Below are positions 35,936-50,800 of a stretch of DNA of 64,000 nt, piece by piece. How positions within the stretch are numbered: position 1 is the first letter of the stretch; each line of letters starts with the position of its first letter. The stretch is from Anthoceros angustus. Taxonomy: Eukaryota; Plantae; Anthocerotophyta. The notes under the pieces are model-generated. The model was not told the origin of the DNA and ran no database searches. It saw only the letters and a list, made by a program, of their open reading frames with translations. Made by a program: the position numbers and the translations under genes. Location: assembly GCA_010909165.1 (NCBI GenBank), contig MU008163.1, positions 186,001-250,000 on the forward strand, written 5' to 3'.

Positions 35936-38195
35936 GCAGAAAGCTAGAAGGAGCTCCAGCATGGCGAGTGCACGATGATGGTGAGACTTTCCTCAGTTTT
36001 GAAGAACCTTCTTCAAACCTTCCCTGAAGCAAAGGCGTGCAAGACATACTAATGGTTGGAGCTACTACAGAACAATCCCATAGCACCACCACTTTTGATG
36101 CAAGAAGACTGGTGATCATAGCAGGAGCGCTGTGGCGGTGCAAGGAAAAATGAAAAATTTGTTGTAGCTATGTCACAAGAAACAGAGGAAAGCTGGAAAG
36201 AAGGCAAGAAGGGAAGAGGTGAAGGGCGGAAGAGTAAGAATGATCTAGAGGAGTGATGGGCTAGAGAGGCGAAGTCTTGCTTCTTAAGGTGGATAAAGGG
36301 CACTGCGTCGATGAGCAGGAAATGTGTGCTACAGGTGGTAGCAATAGCAACCTCACATCTGTGATGTCTCTGGACACGGACCGTGTGAGAGGCCTTTAAG
36401 AGGCTACACGTGTGGACCTGCACGAAGGCTATATGGTTGTGCATGCAACATTCTGGAGGCAAGATGATAACCTGTGACAGCTTAGCTAGGAGCTACATTT
36501 CCAAATAAGATGATGGCACAGTGGCATGCTTAGCCGATACAAAGTTCACGAGCATGGTCTGCACTGCTTGCAATTACGATATATATTTCACCTCCAAGAA
36601 TTCGAATTGCTGGCTGAAAGCGTGTTGGGAATATATCATGTTTTGCCGAGCTCAGGGTGGTGCTGGCTGGAAGTGCGAGAGAATACAGATCGGTGCATTC
36701 GGGAGGATACTCGGAGGATTGAATATCGGCCGATCACAAGGTGCATGATTGTTGTGTGCGTTGAATTTCTGAGTGTGAGCAGGGGAGCATGTGTTGAGCA
36801 ATGCGAGATCAGACCGGATGTGCAAATTGTAGTAGCAAGCGACCTTGTGGGCAACTGAGGCAGCCAAGAGAGGGCAATTGTAAAGCATTCAAGGAAATGC
36901 ATTCCGAGCATTAGGAACTACTGTCCTCCTAGTGTGCATTGCTAGCATCTTCGAGTGGCTCCGCCCCAGCCCCATTGTAACGAGGTGAGGACTAGGGTTT
37001 AAAAATCATCCGCATCAAATATTGAGGATGTTTTACCTACATGATTGGCAAAGGATCGTGGTTCCCGTGGGGATGTTATCCCTGATGGTGATGGATGGGT
37101 TGCAACAAGATTCGTATCATGCATTTGCGAGGGGACATTGATGGGGGTCTCTAGGGTTGCGTATGAGAGACGCTGTTGCTTTACTATGATTTGTCTATGT
37201 CAAGAATGGACACGCTATAAATTTATCATCGACTCGCTGCACATCCAGGAGAGACATGAACAAGACATGGGAAGACAACGACAAGAAGTGGGCAAGATGT
37301 GCGTATTAAAGATGTTTTGGCCGATCCTTGTCACTGCGTATGTGAAATATGTTCACACCTTTAGAATTTAGCAAACAAAAACACGAGTCCGATTGTCGTG
37401 GTTTCAGTAATGTGATTGCATTAGGGATTCAAGTTATTCGAGTTCTAGCTTGGCCTGGAATGACTTCCCCGGGGGTTAGAAATTAGGTAGGGTTTTGTTT
37501 TTTGTAGGAGTAAAGGATAAATAGGCGTAAAAGGGGAAATTGTGGATACTTTCCCATGCATCTAGCAACAAAGAAATGCTACGACGGTGAGCAGCATGAC
37601 CCACAACTTGTAATCCCCCGGGCCCAGCGTCTGGTTCCTCCGTTGAGGCCGTAAAGCGCAGCTGTTTCTGAAATCCGGAGGTTCCTACATCATGGAATGT
37701 GCTGCATCCACCTTTCCAATGAAATCCACATAGCTCTGGCGAAGGGGCATCGAAAAAATACATGCTCACTTTTGTGCTCTTGTCCTTCTGTGCAGAGGGT
37801 GCAAAATGGGATCCTTGTTGCCTCGAATAACCCGTTCCACCTGTCGGAGTTAGGCAAGGCCGCTTGCCAGATTTTCCAGACTGTAAATCTGTGTTTCTCA
37901 ATCACACCCTTGCTATGCAACAGGACGGGTCCATGTACGTTGGGATCACTTTTGTTCTCCTCAGTGTATGAGCCTTGGCAGGGGAGAAAACCAAGGCCAT
38001 GAACGGAAAGGAAAGCAAGAAGCGACGGGTCGGGGTCGGGGCCAGGCAGTGAACCCGGTGGGTCCCGTGTACGATAGTAAAGGAAAAGCGCAATTGTATT
38101 GAAGTCACGTTAGGACTGTCATGTTTGTCGTGGGACTTGGCACTTTGTATCTTTGGGCAGGTGGTGGAGAGGCGCTTTCCTTCCAAAGAGCAAAA

Positions 38196-41100
38196 TGTAA
38201 AGCGGAGTGCGATGCAGAGGAAAAGAGTAATTTATTGGTGAACAAGATGAGCTTAAGTACACAATCAAGCGCGTTGCAATCGGCCCCGAACTGCTGTTTT
38301 GCTCACCTGCTACCATCAACTAATGGGGTATGGAGCCCGATCTAATCAAACTCAACCGCGGCCCTAGATCCATGAGCGCCCGCTGCCACTCCAACTCCCC
38401 TCGCTCAAGATCTGCCTGTGTCTTCATCTTGAAACCAATAGCGTCCGTGCCCAATGCGCGCAGCTGGTTGTGAGCCTATTGTCCAAGACCGAGCTGAGGA
38501 GAAATGCCGAGTTGCACTCCCTCAACTGGAAATTGAGGAAGCTGACGCCTTCCTCCCAAGTAGGCGTCCTTACCGGAGTCCGATGCCGACAACGTATTTT
38601 CGTGGGCTTGGGAAGACCTTGGTGAGGAGGTCGGAGATGTTGTCGCATGTATTCACATATTGACAGAACTCGCTGCTTGCCACCACCGCTTCAATGAAGT
38701 GATGTCAATCTCCACGCGTTTTGTTCTCGCATGAAGGATCGGATTGTGAGTCATGGCAATCGCCGATTAATTGTCACATAGCTTGGTTGGTTCTCGATCG
38801 ATCTCGCTGATGTCTCGCAGAATTGCCCGATCCACAATATTTTTTCACGCTAGTGATGTGGCAAAGATACCCGCCTGCTTGTGGAGTGCCAAATCCGGCG
38901 TCCGTGATTTTGGCGGCTTGTTTTGCTTTTTCGGTCACATCGTTAAGAGGGATAGGAGGACAGCCAATAAGGCCATTTTTCGCCACACCCTTACAACAAT
39001 CCCTTGCACCCTCGGTCCGCTGGAGGACGGAGTGGTCCGGCGAGGTCCGGCGAGGTCCGGCGAGTGGTCCATCCGGCGAGGTCCGGCGGAGTGGTCCATC
39101 CGGCGAGGTCCGGCGGAGTGGTCCGCCCGCGAGGTCCGGAGTGGTCCATCCGGCGAGGTCCGGCGGAGTGGTCCATCCGGCGAGGTCCGGCGGAGTGGTC
39201 CGCCTGAGAGGTCCGGCGGAGTGGTCTGGGCCAAGTCCGACCGAGTGGTCTCGCCGGTGGTTTAGTTTGGGGCATGCCGCATGGATCTACTCGCTTACGG
39301 GAAGCACTGGTGCAAGAAGTCCGGCGCAGTTGATGAGCTACGCCCGGTTACTACGACCACGGGTTAGGTATACATAGGTGGTTAGGATACATATAAGGCA
39401 AGGGTTAGGTATGGGAGTATAGGGCTCGGCAAGGCCCAAGACGGTGCACTATCCCGGTACCATCTTCGCGCCTCCGTGTTTTGCCTTCGTGCTCGAGGAG
39501 CGTGAGTGAGTTCCTCGCCACCGCAAGGTGATTAATTGGTGGTAGAGGATGTGTTGAGCTCGTGACGAAGCCCGCCAACACGCTGATGGGTGCACTGGGG
39601 ACCACCTCGAAGCCTGGGAGGTGCTCGTGAATTCCCAAAAGTGACCAACTTCTGAGAGGCTGAACGAGGTCGTGGAGTTGCGGTCGCGTCACCTCCAGGC
39701 AACGTGAAGGCGGTCGGAGGGATTAGGCGCTTAGGTGTCTGCCGCCGGCGAAGCCATCCTCGAGGCTGAACGGAGGTCAGGGGTTGCAGCCGCAAAAGCT
39801 ACTTCCGCAACGTGAAGTGCCCGGGGCAAGGGCCCGGTGTGAATACATCGGCGTGTTGGTGTTGTTATTTGGTGATGGACAAGAGAGGAGGGTCGCGTGA
39901 CGTGTGTGTTGAGCTGAGGACAGAGTTGAGGAGGCAAGGCGCTAGAGTACGACCCGATGGAGGAATGCGCCGCTAAACCTGCTCCGTCACTGAGAAACCC
40001 GGGAGGGTTTGTGGGAAGGTCCGTCAAAGCGCGCCCAGTCCGACACGGTGAAATGTGAGGGGCACACAATTAGGGTTTGGAGCCGACCCAACCTCGATGG
40101 AAGTCCGCTCGTGATAGGGTCAGACCTCAGTGCATAAGCACGGTGACCATTCCCCTCGTGGAACTAACTCCTTACTACAACGACATCGGGATTGTGGCGC
40201 GCCTACCGGGCCGAAAGTCGCGCAACTGTTGCTCGATGTGCAAATTGTTTGCATCTTCTTGCGCCTCGTGGATACGGACGACCGGTTGATCATCATGCAA
40301 TATGTCACGGACTTCCTTGCACGGGATCTCCCCGCCCACCGTCCCCGAGTAAGATGTTAACTTGAGTTTGCTTGTGGGGTCGACTTTGTGGCGTAGTCCT
40401 GCAGACTTGGTCCCTTCAAGTAACGGGCACTCGCCTACGCAGTCCCATGGGCTCGCCCGTGATTGGACAAGTATCCGGAGGCAATGTTCATTTTTGAGCT
40501 ATGTCGGCCTTGTCCATATTGAAAGATACAACAGTGCCGATCGCTGGAGATCTCTATAACCCAACGTGTCCGAGGGAGAGTTAGAAATAGTGCATCATAC
40601 AGGTCCACTAGACCATGCACTCCAATGTGGATTAGTCAACTAGACTCATAGTTGGTAGTTAGTTAACCAGCAGACTAGTGAAAGGACACACCCCGTAACC
40701 ATCCTTTATAAGCCCACCTATGAACCCAGCGGACATCGGGATCTTGCAACCGTGCGTAATACTGTGCCACTATGAGAGGAGTGTAGGAAAAGATGGCAAG
40801 AAGCCAAGGAGGGAGGTCACAAATGAGTCTCACATGACGACGTCATCAAAGATTCCAGCAGCCAACTTGATCCTTTCTCGCCTCACTCTTACAAGAATGA
40901 CACATGCCACTGGTTCCTCGGATTCCGAGCCACAACTCACATCTCACTGTAAGGACATGTTTACCTCATATCAAAGATCCTACAAGACCAAAGACGTTTC
41001 CTTGAGATACAGGCACTCGCCGAGGGAATCGAGAGGTCCACTACCACAACTGAGAGACCTCACTATCAACGGCAGACATCGCCCCCATGACCAAGAACTC

Positions 41101-44100
41101 ATCCAAAACTCGCCATCACGATCTCGTCATTATCTTCCAAGGTAATCACCGCACCACGCCACTCCAAAGACCCTCACCAAACAGCCCTTGCACACGGCCA
41201 CCCTTCAACGACCTTTATCTCCTCAATATTCACCTCATCCGCCTCGCTTGATAGCACCTCCTACTTCAAGAAATGAGTCGCTTTGGCACCGAGAGTAGAC
41301 ACATGAACCCAAGATACTCAACATGCTAGCAAACCCCAAGATGTACCGAGACCGCCAAGATTAGGGTCCCTAAAGACTTCTTCCGTGAAATTTGCCAATA
41401 CACCAAATTACACGCCAAAGCCTTCAAAGACCCTACCTGCCCGGGCTGCCTTCTCGAGACCGCTCACTCGATATATGCGGCCCCATGAGCACCACCTCCC
41501 CGGTCACTCTTACTTCATCACCTTCTTAGATGAGTGAGAGATATTGCCACATCTATTTCCTCCGACATAAGGACTAAGCACTCACCTCCAAGAGTTCATC
41601 CTCACACCGAGGCCAAACAGATTCCAGTCACAACCTCACAGACAACAACGGGTGAGTATACAAGCAACGCCTCGGCCTTCAGAATCCAAAGGTATTTCAA
41701 GACAACTTATCGCACCTTACACCCTCTCGTAATCCTTTGTCAACGCCTTAATCGCTCTCACCGGAAATTGCACGCCCTTGCTCAAGCTAGCCAGCCTCTA
41801 AGGGCCACCAAGTGTGGTTGCCTCTACTTCTAACTACTTGAAAAATAGACTCTACAAAAGACTTGCCCAACACTACTCCTTTTGAGAGATGGAGCGAATG
41901 TTTAGAGTCTCTCATCTTCGATTTTTGGGAGCCCATTTTGCCCACATAGCGTATGAAACTCGTAAGAAGTGACAAAGGTCAGAAGTCGCCTTTCATCTGA
42001 CTCCGATGTCAAAGCCTATAAACTCTTCCCACCTTCCCGAGAGGTCATTTTTTCCCGCAAAGGTCCATTTTAATGAATCCCACCTTCTTCACACATACCT
42101 CCATTCCTCTCTCACATCTAATCCTCTCCTATGCCTAGCATCCAAGGTTATCCATCCCTTGGCCGAGTCCCTCTTGACCTTGAGGGGCCATGCATCATGA
42201 CACCCGACAACCGCACGATTTTTTCCAAGTTCAAGATGCAACTCAAGAACAACCAAAGCACTGTTTCCCCATACCAAGACCTCCTCAACAACTAAGCAGC
42301 CCATTTCCCCTCGTACTCTATCCGTAACTCCACATCATCCTTCCCGAGGTAAACCCAAGACGCCTTAGAGGTACGCAAAGAATTCATGAGACCTACATTG
42401 AGGCGCCCACACGTCCACTGCCACCGAGCCATGAGTGGAGACACCCACCATGTCCCACGAGAGTCTTTTGCTCGCCAAGCACCGCCTCCTCCAGAGGTAC
42501 GCCAATGCTCAACCTCATACAGACTTGAGCATGCCTCCACTGTGCACATCACATGTAGATGCATGGCCTTCAATAGATTTAAGCCCTCAAGACTCCGAAT
42601 GGATGCGTCGGCCCATCCTGTACGACTCCACTCATATCCACAAGACATGGAAGCCGATCACCCATCTACCGGGAGGAAGCCGATCTCATGCAAGTGGAAA
42701 TTCAAGAAAACTCAACCCCTGGAAGTGTGTGCCTCAAAGGCCCGACTAGTTGCCCGGCTTCAGTGCCGGCCCGACTATGAGGAGAATGGCTTTTCACCCA
42801 AAGTAAATCGACCTCCATAAGAATTCTATTAGCATTCGTGCAACCACCGTGGAAGTCCACATGTACACTAACCCTTCTCTGAACTGTCGGTTTGAATGAA
42901 TGTTTTTTGTTTTTTCTGTGTTAATGTAACGGAATGCTTAGGAATCGTCCGGGTAAGGCCTTTTATACTGAAAATGGTGCTTGGCCCATGGCAATAATAT
43001 TTTTAATAATTGGTCCTTGGGCTTTGACCCTGGGTATGTAGGTCAGATAGAAAGTCCTTGGACCTTGGCATTTTTAGAAATAAAAAGTGTCTATATATGC
43101 TAAGAATACCCTACATTCGGCAATGGGCAGAGAAGTGGGGAGGTGGCTAGCTCCACCACGGTTGGCCGGAATGGAAATGAGCCAGAGGAGTTAACAACCC
43201 TAGTGGCGGGCGATAAGAAGTTGGGCAAGTCGGGGCCAGCTGGAAGAAGACCACACCCTAATCTGGTCGCGAATTTCAAGGAGAGGCGATCGACAGGACA
43301 ATGGGCTGGCGAGGCCTTGCATTTGTCGCTAAGCAGGCTCTCCTTGAGTAGCAATTGATGTCTGTAGATTAGAGGCCCTCCTTCATGGCATGTTAGCCTT
43401 CGATCCTCTCCGCAGTGCACCCGCAGCAATAAAACGCGCTAGAGCAGTCATGGCTAATCCCACTGTAATTAACACCACTAAGATAGATTTCCGAGATAGA
43501 AATCACTTCAACGGAAGCGACTTTGACATATGGGAGATGCGAGTCACCGCACTCCTAGAAGAACACGATCTAATGTGATAACTACATCTATACCTTCACC
43601 ACCACAAATCGGGCACCGACTGATTGCACCGTAAGAAGAATTAGAAACGACAAGCATCGATCTCAACCATAGACAAGAGCATGCTCCAAGATACCCGTGG
43701 AAAAAACCGCCACGATATCCTGAAAACCTTCAAGGACATGTTCCAAGGCAGAGCTCAATGTCATCGATCAACGCACAAGGCAATTCTACTCGAGGATGAA
43801 AGACACAGAGAGCGGCACATAAACGCTTTTCCGGTCCATCGCCAAGCGCCTAAGCGGACGGCATTACGTAACTCCAAGCAAGCAGCATTACCGACCTCTT
43901 TTTGTTCAGACTTTCACACTCACAAAACTCGTACGCCGAGGCCCAATCAACTATAGCAAGAACGGCTGTCCACTCTTGCAGAAGTCATTGAGCACTCGAG
44001 GAGGAGTCCACCGCAGAATAACTCCCTCCAACACTGGACCCAACTACACTTTTCACGCGTCCTGGACGAGGCGGGAGAAGAGGAGGTGGACGCGTGGTTT

Positions 44101-44891
44101 CTCATCCGTGAGAAGCCTCGGAAGAGGGCTTTTCTTGCACGAGTAGCATGTAGTGAGTACAGCAGGGGCGCGCAAAGAGTTAGAGATGCATATGCGGAAG
44201 CGTCTTGCATCAAGCAGATGCTTTATTAACAATGAATATGTTCTCAACTTGAGATTCTATGCTACGGAGTTGTGCACGAAGTCGTAGTGGGCAATAGTCA
44301 GCAGTTGTGGTGGTTGCTTCGTAGTCCTCTTCAAAGAATGCTTGGTGGAATCTAGGGTGGAGGTTGGTCCGTCTTGCTGGTGTCGCTCCAATGTTGGGGC
44401 GTTTTGAGGATGCGGTTCTTGCTAGGTATTGCTGGGCTCACTGGCATCTGAGACCTTCCAAGAACGATGCTCGAGCTATGCCGCTCGCACTTTCCGCAGC
44501 ACGATCTTAGAGGCCGCATTGCTCAGGCATGAAAGCCGCACGGAGTGCGGCGCCTGTGCATCGCGGGCAGCCTCAAGATCGCTGACGCTGCGGCTCTGCC
44601 TGGCCCCGAGCTCCATCCCACGAGATCGATGCACTCACGCATGAGCCGAGGCGATCCAAGAACGGGAAGGTCGCTCGATACTATAAAGCGAGCGATGCAG
44701 AGAAAAGAGTAATTTATTGGTGAACAAGATGAGCTTAAGTACACAATCAAGGCGTAGAAGTCAAAATCGGCCTTAACTATTTTTCTACGGTTCTGTCTCC
44801 TACCATCAACTATCGGGGTATGAGCCCGATCCAATCAAACTCAACTGCGGCCCTAGCCGATTTGTGGAGCACCCAGCCACCGCCTCCAACA
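38196..44891 (-). mobile_element. Rearranged Ty1/Copia element, copy B
   Basis: Collinear with copy A; LTR starts TGTAAAG at 38196 after CAAAA; plus-strand gag MANPTVINTTKIDF...FNGSDFDIWEMRV. Confidence 0.85.
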
Positions 44892-47800
44892 AAATGGGCG
44901 AGCCAGTTGGTGCCGTAATAGGTCAATGAGCAACCGAGAACGCCGGGCTCGCACTCAAAGAAGTATTGTGAGCAGTTGAATGTATATGTGCAGAGGATTA
45001 ACCCCTGGTATGAGCAGCACAAGGTTCTTCCTCCACATCTGCCTTCCCGCAAGGTAACCTGACAGAGCACTTCAATCCCGAGTGATATGCGCTCAGCCTT
45101 CTCCAAGATCACCATTTCCACATTCTAGTGGGCATGGTTGAGTGAGCAGGGAATGACGATATTCAGGTAGGCGAATGGCTCCAGGAAGTGAAGCTGGTCC
45201 TGGAAAAAGCAGGTGCGGGGGAACGCGAATGGAGAAAACGTCGCGCCCTCAGGGTCTGGGAAGAACTCAATGAGCACGGCATTCTAACAGAACTAACTCA
45301 TCTAGCAGGCCATTCGGGTGATGCAATAGAATATAAATAATTACCGTAATATTTATTTATATTAGTAGTATTACTCAAGGTAGCACATCATATATAGATG
45401 TAATAATGATAATGATTATATAGATCTAAAAATAAGTATTTATATTATATGTTAATTAATTGATATCAATAGTAATAACAAATTGAATATTTATATTAAG
45501 TATATTATATTATATAAATAATCAATTTAAATATATATGGTAAAGCTAGAAGGAGCTCCAAGATGGCGAGTGCGATGATGGTGAGACTTCTCGCTTTTGA
45601 AGAACCTTCAAACCTTCCCCAAGCAAAGGCATGCAAGACATACTAATGCTTGCAGCTACTACAGAACAATCCCATACCACCACCACTTTTGATGCAAGAA
45701 GCCGGTGATCATAGGTGGAGCTGTATGCGTAAGGAAAATGAAAAATTTGTTGTAGCTATGTCACAAGAAACAGAGGAAAGCTGGAAAGAAGGCAAGAAGG
45801 GAAGAGGTGAAGGGCGGAAGAGTAAGAATGATCTAGAGGAGTGATGGGCTAGAGGAACTGATCGAGTCTTGCTTCTCTTAAGGTGGATAAAGGGCACTGC
45901 GTCGATGAGCAGGAAATGTGTGCTACAGGTGGTAGCAATAGCAACCTCACATCTGTGATGTCTCTGGACACGGACCGTGTGAGAGGCCTTTAAGAGGCTA
46001 CACGCAGACCCGCACAAGGCTATATGGTTGTGCATGCAACATTCGGAGGCAAGATGATAACTCGTGATTTAGCTAGGAGCTACATTTCCAAATAAGATGA
46101 TGGCAGTGGCATGCTTAGCCGATACAAAGTTCACGAGCATGGTCTCGTGACCGCTGTAATTAATATATATATATTTCACCCAAGAATTAATTCTGTAAAA
46201 GCGTTGGGAATATATCATGTTTTGCCGAGCCTGTGGTGGTGGAAGTAGAGAAGGATCGGTGCATTCGGAGGATACTTGAGGATTGAATATCGGCCGATCA
46301 CAAGGTGCATGATTGTTGTGTGCGTTGAATTTCTGAGTGTGAGCAGGGGAGCATGTGTTGAGCAATGCGAGATCAGACCGGATGTGCAAATTGTAGTAGC
46401 AAGCACCTTGTGGGCAACTGAGGCAGCCAAGAGAGGGCAATTGTAACTCGGAGCATTCTGGCGGGAAATGCATTTCCGATATTAGGAACTCTGTCCCTCC
46501 TAGTGTGCATTGCTAGCATCTTTCGAGGCTGGCTCTGGCGTCCTAGCCAACATTGTAACGAGGTGAGGACTAGGGTTTAAAAATCATCCGCATCAAATAT
46601 TGAGGATAAGCCTACTCCACAGTATTGGCAAAGGATCAGGGTTCCTGTGGGGGATGTTGGGTCCTTGATGGTGATGGATGGGTTGCAACAAGATTCGTAT
46701 CATGCAGATTTGCAGGGGACATTGACAGGGGTCTCTAGGGTTGCAGTATGAGAGACGTTGCTCTTACTATGATTTGTCTATGTCAAGAATGGACACGCTA
46801 TAAATTTATCATCAGCACTCGCTGCACATCCAGGAGAGACAGCAACAAGACATGGGAAAGACAACGACAAGAAGTGGGCAAGATGTGCGACAGCAGCATG
46901 CTTCGGTCGATCCTGTCGCTGTCATGTATGTGGAAATATGTTCACACCTTTAGAAATTTAGCAGCCAAACAGCTACGGAGTCTGATTGTCAGGGTTTCCA
47001 GTGGGCTGTGATTGCGACTAGGGATTCCAAGTTATTCGAGTTCTAGCTTGGTCGGTGTGGACTACGGACTTCCCTGGGGGGTTAGAAATTAGGTAGGGTT
47101 TTGTTTTTTTGTAGGAGTAAAGGATAAAATGAGGCGAAAAAGGGGGAAATTGTGGAGATACCTCATGCATCTAGCAAGAAAGGCCAGCATGCAGAGGCAT
47201 GCGAGAGCAATGGAAAAATGAGCAGAAAAATGTTATATACAAAAGTAGCCTAATAACCCTAAATAGCATAACCTAAAAGTAAGTGGGATATTTAACCGTC
47301 GTGGTTATTAATCCAAATCTCCCACTTAACCTCGACAGGTTAAAACCAGTATAAAGTCCACCAAAATAAGTTCTGGTCAGTAAGATGGATGGCCGCTTAA
47401 CTGCAGAGTTTCGATATGAAGCCCGCTACAAGCCACGCTCCCGCTTTTCCTTGCTATGTCTACCAAAATACACCATTTATAACAAAGCCATTGCGAGATT
47501 CAGATAAACACGGCATAAACACGGCTCCGCGCGAACACAGCTGTTACCAAAAGTTGCGATCTTCACATCGCTGGTGGCGCCGCGACCTGAATTTCTTCAC
47601 AAACATGGTGCAACTTGAAAGCAGCGGGTTTTCTAGCCAAGGGCACTCACGCAGTGTGATCTCGTGAAAAATCTCAAGGCTCCTGCAAATCTGCAGTACC
47701 AGAAAAAGTCTGGCCAACCACGGCACCAGCGTCGGACTTAGCTAGGGCTGATGGCAAGTGCAAGGAGCTATTCGGGTTCTTTGGAAGAGGCGAGGGCTCG

Positions 47801-50800
47801 TCTTCTTGAACTCATCTGCAAGTGGAGACACGGGTGGAGGAAAGGGAAGATGATAGGCGGGGTGGAGGAGTATAGAGAAATGTTGAGGGAACTCAAACTC
47901 GTGGCCTATACACACGAACGAAGAACGAAGGACATTAAGGTGAGGATCTCGTGATAGCAATCTCCATGTCACGGATTAGGTAATTGTGAGGCTTCATCCG
48001 CTGAAAAACATGGAGGCGATGGTGACTAACCTAACAGATGGTGCTCCCACCGCAGTGAACAAGACAACCAAGTGAAAAGGATCACGAGGGAGACTAGTTA
48101 CTGGTCAAATTGGATCCACCATGTAAGCATTCAATCGAGCGGTAAAATACTTGCTGAAATCTACGAGACCTAAACCCTCTACATGTCGATGTTTGTGTTT
48201 GGGCGGTGGTTTAGTGAGGACATCACCGTATTTCGGTGTGGATATAAGCAGGTGACAATTCCCTAGCCTTGACATCCCTAACGTAGTGATGTGCAATTTC
48301 TATATGTTTCGTTCTAGCGTGAAATCTAGGACGATCAACAAGGGCTAGGGCGATTGATTATCACGGTGCGATGTAGTAGGGAGTAGCTGCTCACGATTCG
48401 AGGAAAGAGCGTGCCCATTCAAATTCTTTCGCAGACATCGGTGAGACATTTATATTCGCTGGCTTGAGAGGGCAATCGCTTTGTTTCTACCCATGTAACT
48501 ACCGCAGAAGATAAGAAGAAGACATATGTAGACAAGCTCTTGCGTGTGTCCCCATCGGATGCCTCGGCATCGGCAGAAAGGCGACAAGGTAGGTGTTTCT
48601 CTGTTCTTTTGTAGCATAGTCCATAATTATGTGTCCCTTTAAATAACGAAATACTCGTTTGATGGCGATCCGTGATTACGGCGGGGCGGTCCAGAATTGA
48701 GAGGTCAGTTCACATATGTGATGTCCGGAGTCCGATTACTTACAAACAATAAGCCAAGCTGCGTGCGGTATGGGACATCTTTCATGTCGGCAATGTCAGC
48801 AGGACAGAATTTATCCTTGGTGAGCTTCACTCCACTTGCACAAGGTGTGTTAGCGGGATGTGCCGCCATGTTAAAACGTTGGAGAATTTAAATGTATTTA
48901 CGTTGATGGATGATGATCAAACCCTCCGCACGTACTCTCAATACTTGTATACCCGCATGTAATTTCAGCTCCCTACATACATCATTTCAAATTGCTCGTA
49001 ACATGTCTTGAACTCGTGCTAACAAGTGGGTATCATTTCCAAATATGGCATCATCAACGTAAACAAGAAGAAGAACATAAGAGGTGCCATCATCATAGAT
49101 GTAAGTAAGGATCTGCAGGGCTTTGTCGAAATCCAAGGCCCCTTAGGCGGGTATCCGCCTTGCATTCCACCGTTACGCACTTTGTTTAAGACCATAAATA
49201 CACTTAATCACATACATAGTCCGGATGATCAGGGTCTTCATAGCCTTCAGGCTGTTCCATATACAATTCTTCTTCGAGTATCCCATGTAAGAAGGCCGTT
49301 TTTACATCCATTTGCTGCAATTCTAAATCACGTTCAACAGCTAAAGCAAGCATGAGGCGAATTGATTGAGAGCGTACCACTGGAGAAAATGTCTCCTGGA
49401 AATCCAGACTAGGTATTTGTGTGAATCCACGTCGCGAGCCTTGCTTTATAACGTGCTATGTTACCATCGATCTAACTTATGCTTGAATACCCATTTGCTG
49501 TTATTGGTTTGCGCCTTAGGACGAGGAACAAGTTTCCGTGTACCATTTTTCATAAGATCGTTGAATTCATCATCCACGATGCCTCCACTTATCTCTATCA
49601 GACGAAAATGCTTCTTTGAGAGTGACAGCTCGGAGGGATGATGGGCAAAGAGGCATTGTGGATGATGGGATACAGACTCCCACGACTTACGAAAGTCAAT
49701 AGATGTGTAACGGGCTCTAGCCATTCGGAGGGAGGGCGATGAGCACGTGTAGACCTACGCATGTTCATGTGTAATATCACCGAATCGGTAATGTCTCTTC
49801 TTCACCGGAAGAATCGGGCTTGGGAAGAACCAGTTCGTGTTCGATTCTACGTGTTAATCGGATTGTGGGAGGCTCATGATCGAATTTTCAGCATTGTCAT
49901 GCGTGTTCTGATCGGGCTCGCATCTAGTGGAGTATCAGCTGGAGGAGCAGGTGGGGAGATGACACCAGCATCAGCCTCACCGTCAACATCATCTGGATAC
50001 TCACCAGAATTTTCAGAATACAATTGGCTGGCAGATTCCCCAAAAGTGCCTGGTAAATAAGGAGAATCAGCTGATGATGGAACCAAATGCTCAATAAAGG
50101 TAACACTACGGGCTACCACCGGCTGCATATTTTGCATATCAAGAAGCTTGTAGCCCTTAGTCACTTCGTAGCCTACAAATACAAGTTGTCTCGAGCGATT
50201 GTCAAGCTTACGCCTCTTCTCTCGCAGTACATAAGCAAAGGCCCGAGAACCAAATATGCTAAGATGTAAAAGACTTGGCTTTCTATTCCAAAAGAGCTGA
50301 AAAGGTGTGCCACCAGAATGTAACGAGAGGTAAGGCGGTTCAAAATGTAGGTTGTTGTGACAAGACCAAAAGGATTGGGCCCGCACCATAAAAGCATGGA
50401 GCGTCATCCCCATCGTAGTCCGGGTTTCTTCTTTCCGCCACGCTGCTCACGCGTGTATGGAACTATCACCGATGAATAATGCCTTGTGTTTCCGTGAAAT
50501 GCTCAAAGGCGAGCTTGTAAATTCCTCCGTTGTCGGTTGGAACATCTTGATACCACCAGATTGCCTTTGAACAACCAAGCCACCTTGAAATATCCGAAAG
50601 GTGTCACTCTTATGCTCCATAGGGTAGGTCCATGTATATCCGCTATAGTCATCGGTGAGAGTAAAATAATATAATGCTCCACCAAGGGATTGTTCTTGAA
50701 GTCTCCCGATGTCGCATGTACTAACTCCGAGCTGGTGGATCGAAATGCGGAATTGTAGGAAAAGGAGTCTCATGCTTTGCCAAAGCACAAACTTCGTGAT

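Larger units (their letters stand above)
27650..36911 (-). pseudogene. F-box / F-box-associated-like gene remnant interrupted by a Copia and an AT-rich insert (partial second copy ~37570-46470)
   Basis: LSWLPQLPTRSLATTICTS (F-box-like) and LCCSYQGLILC...YFFECEP (FBA-like); flanks rejoin across the Copia as GSPILLFGRK; boundaries approximate. Confidence 0.4.
28027..47177 (+). repeat. ~9.5-kb tandem duplication (A 28027-37568, B 37565-47177)
   Basis: GCAACAAAGAAATG at 28027 and 37565; collinear throughout; GCAA shared at the junction. Confidence 0.92.
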
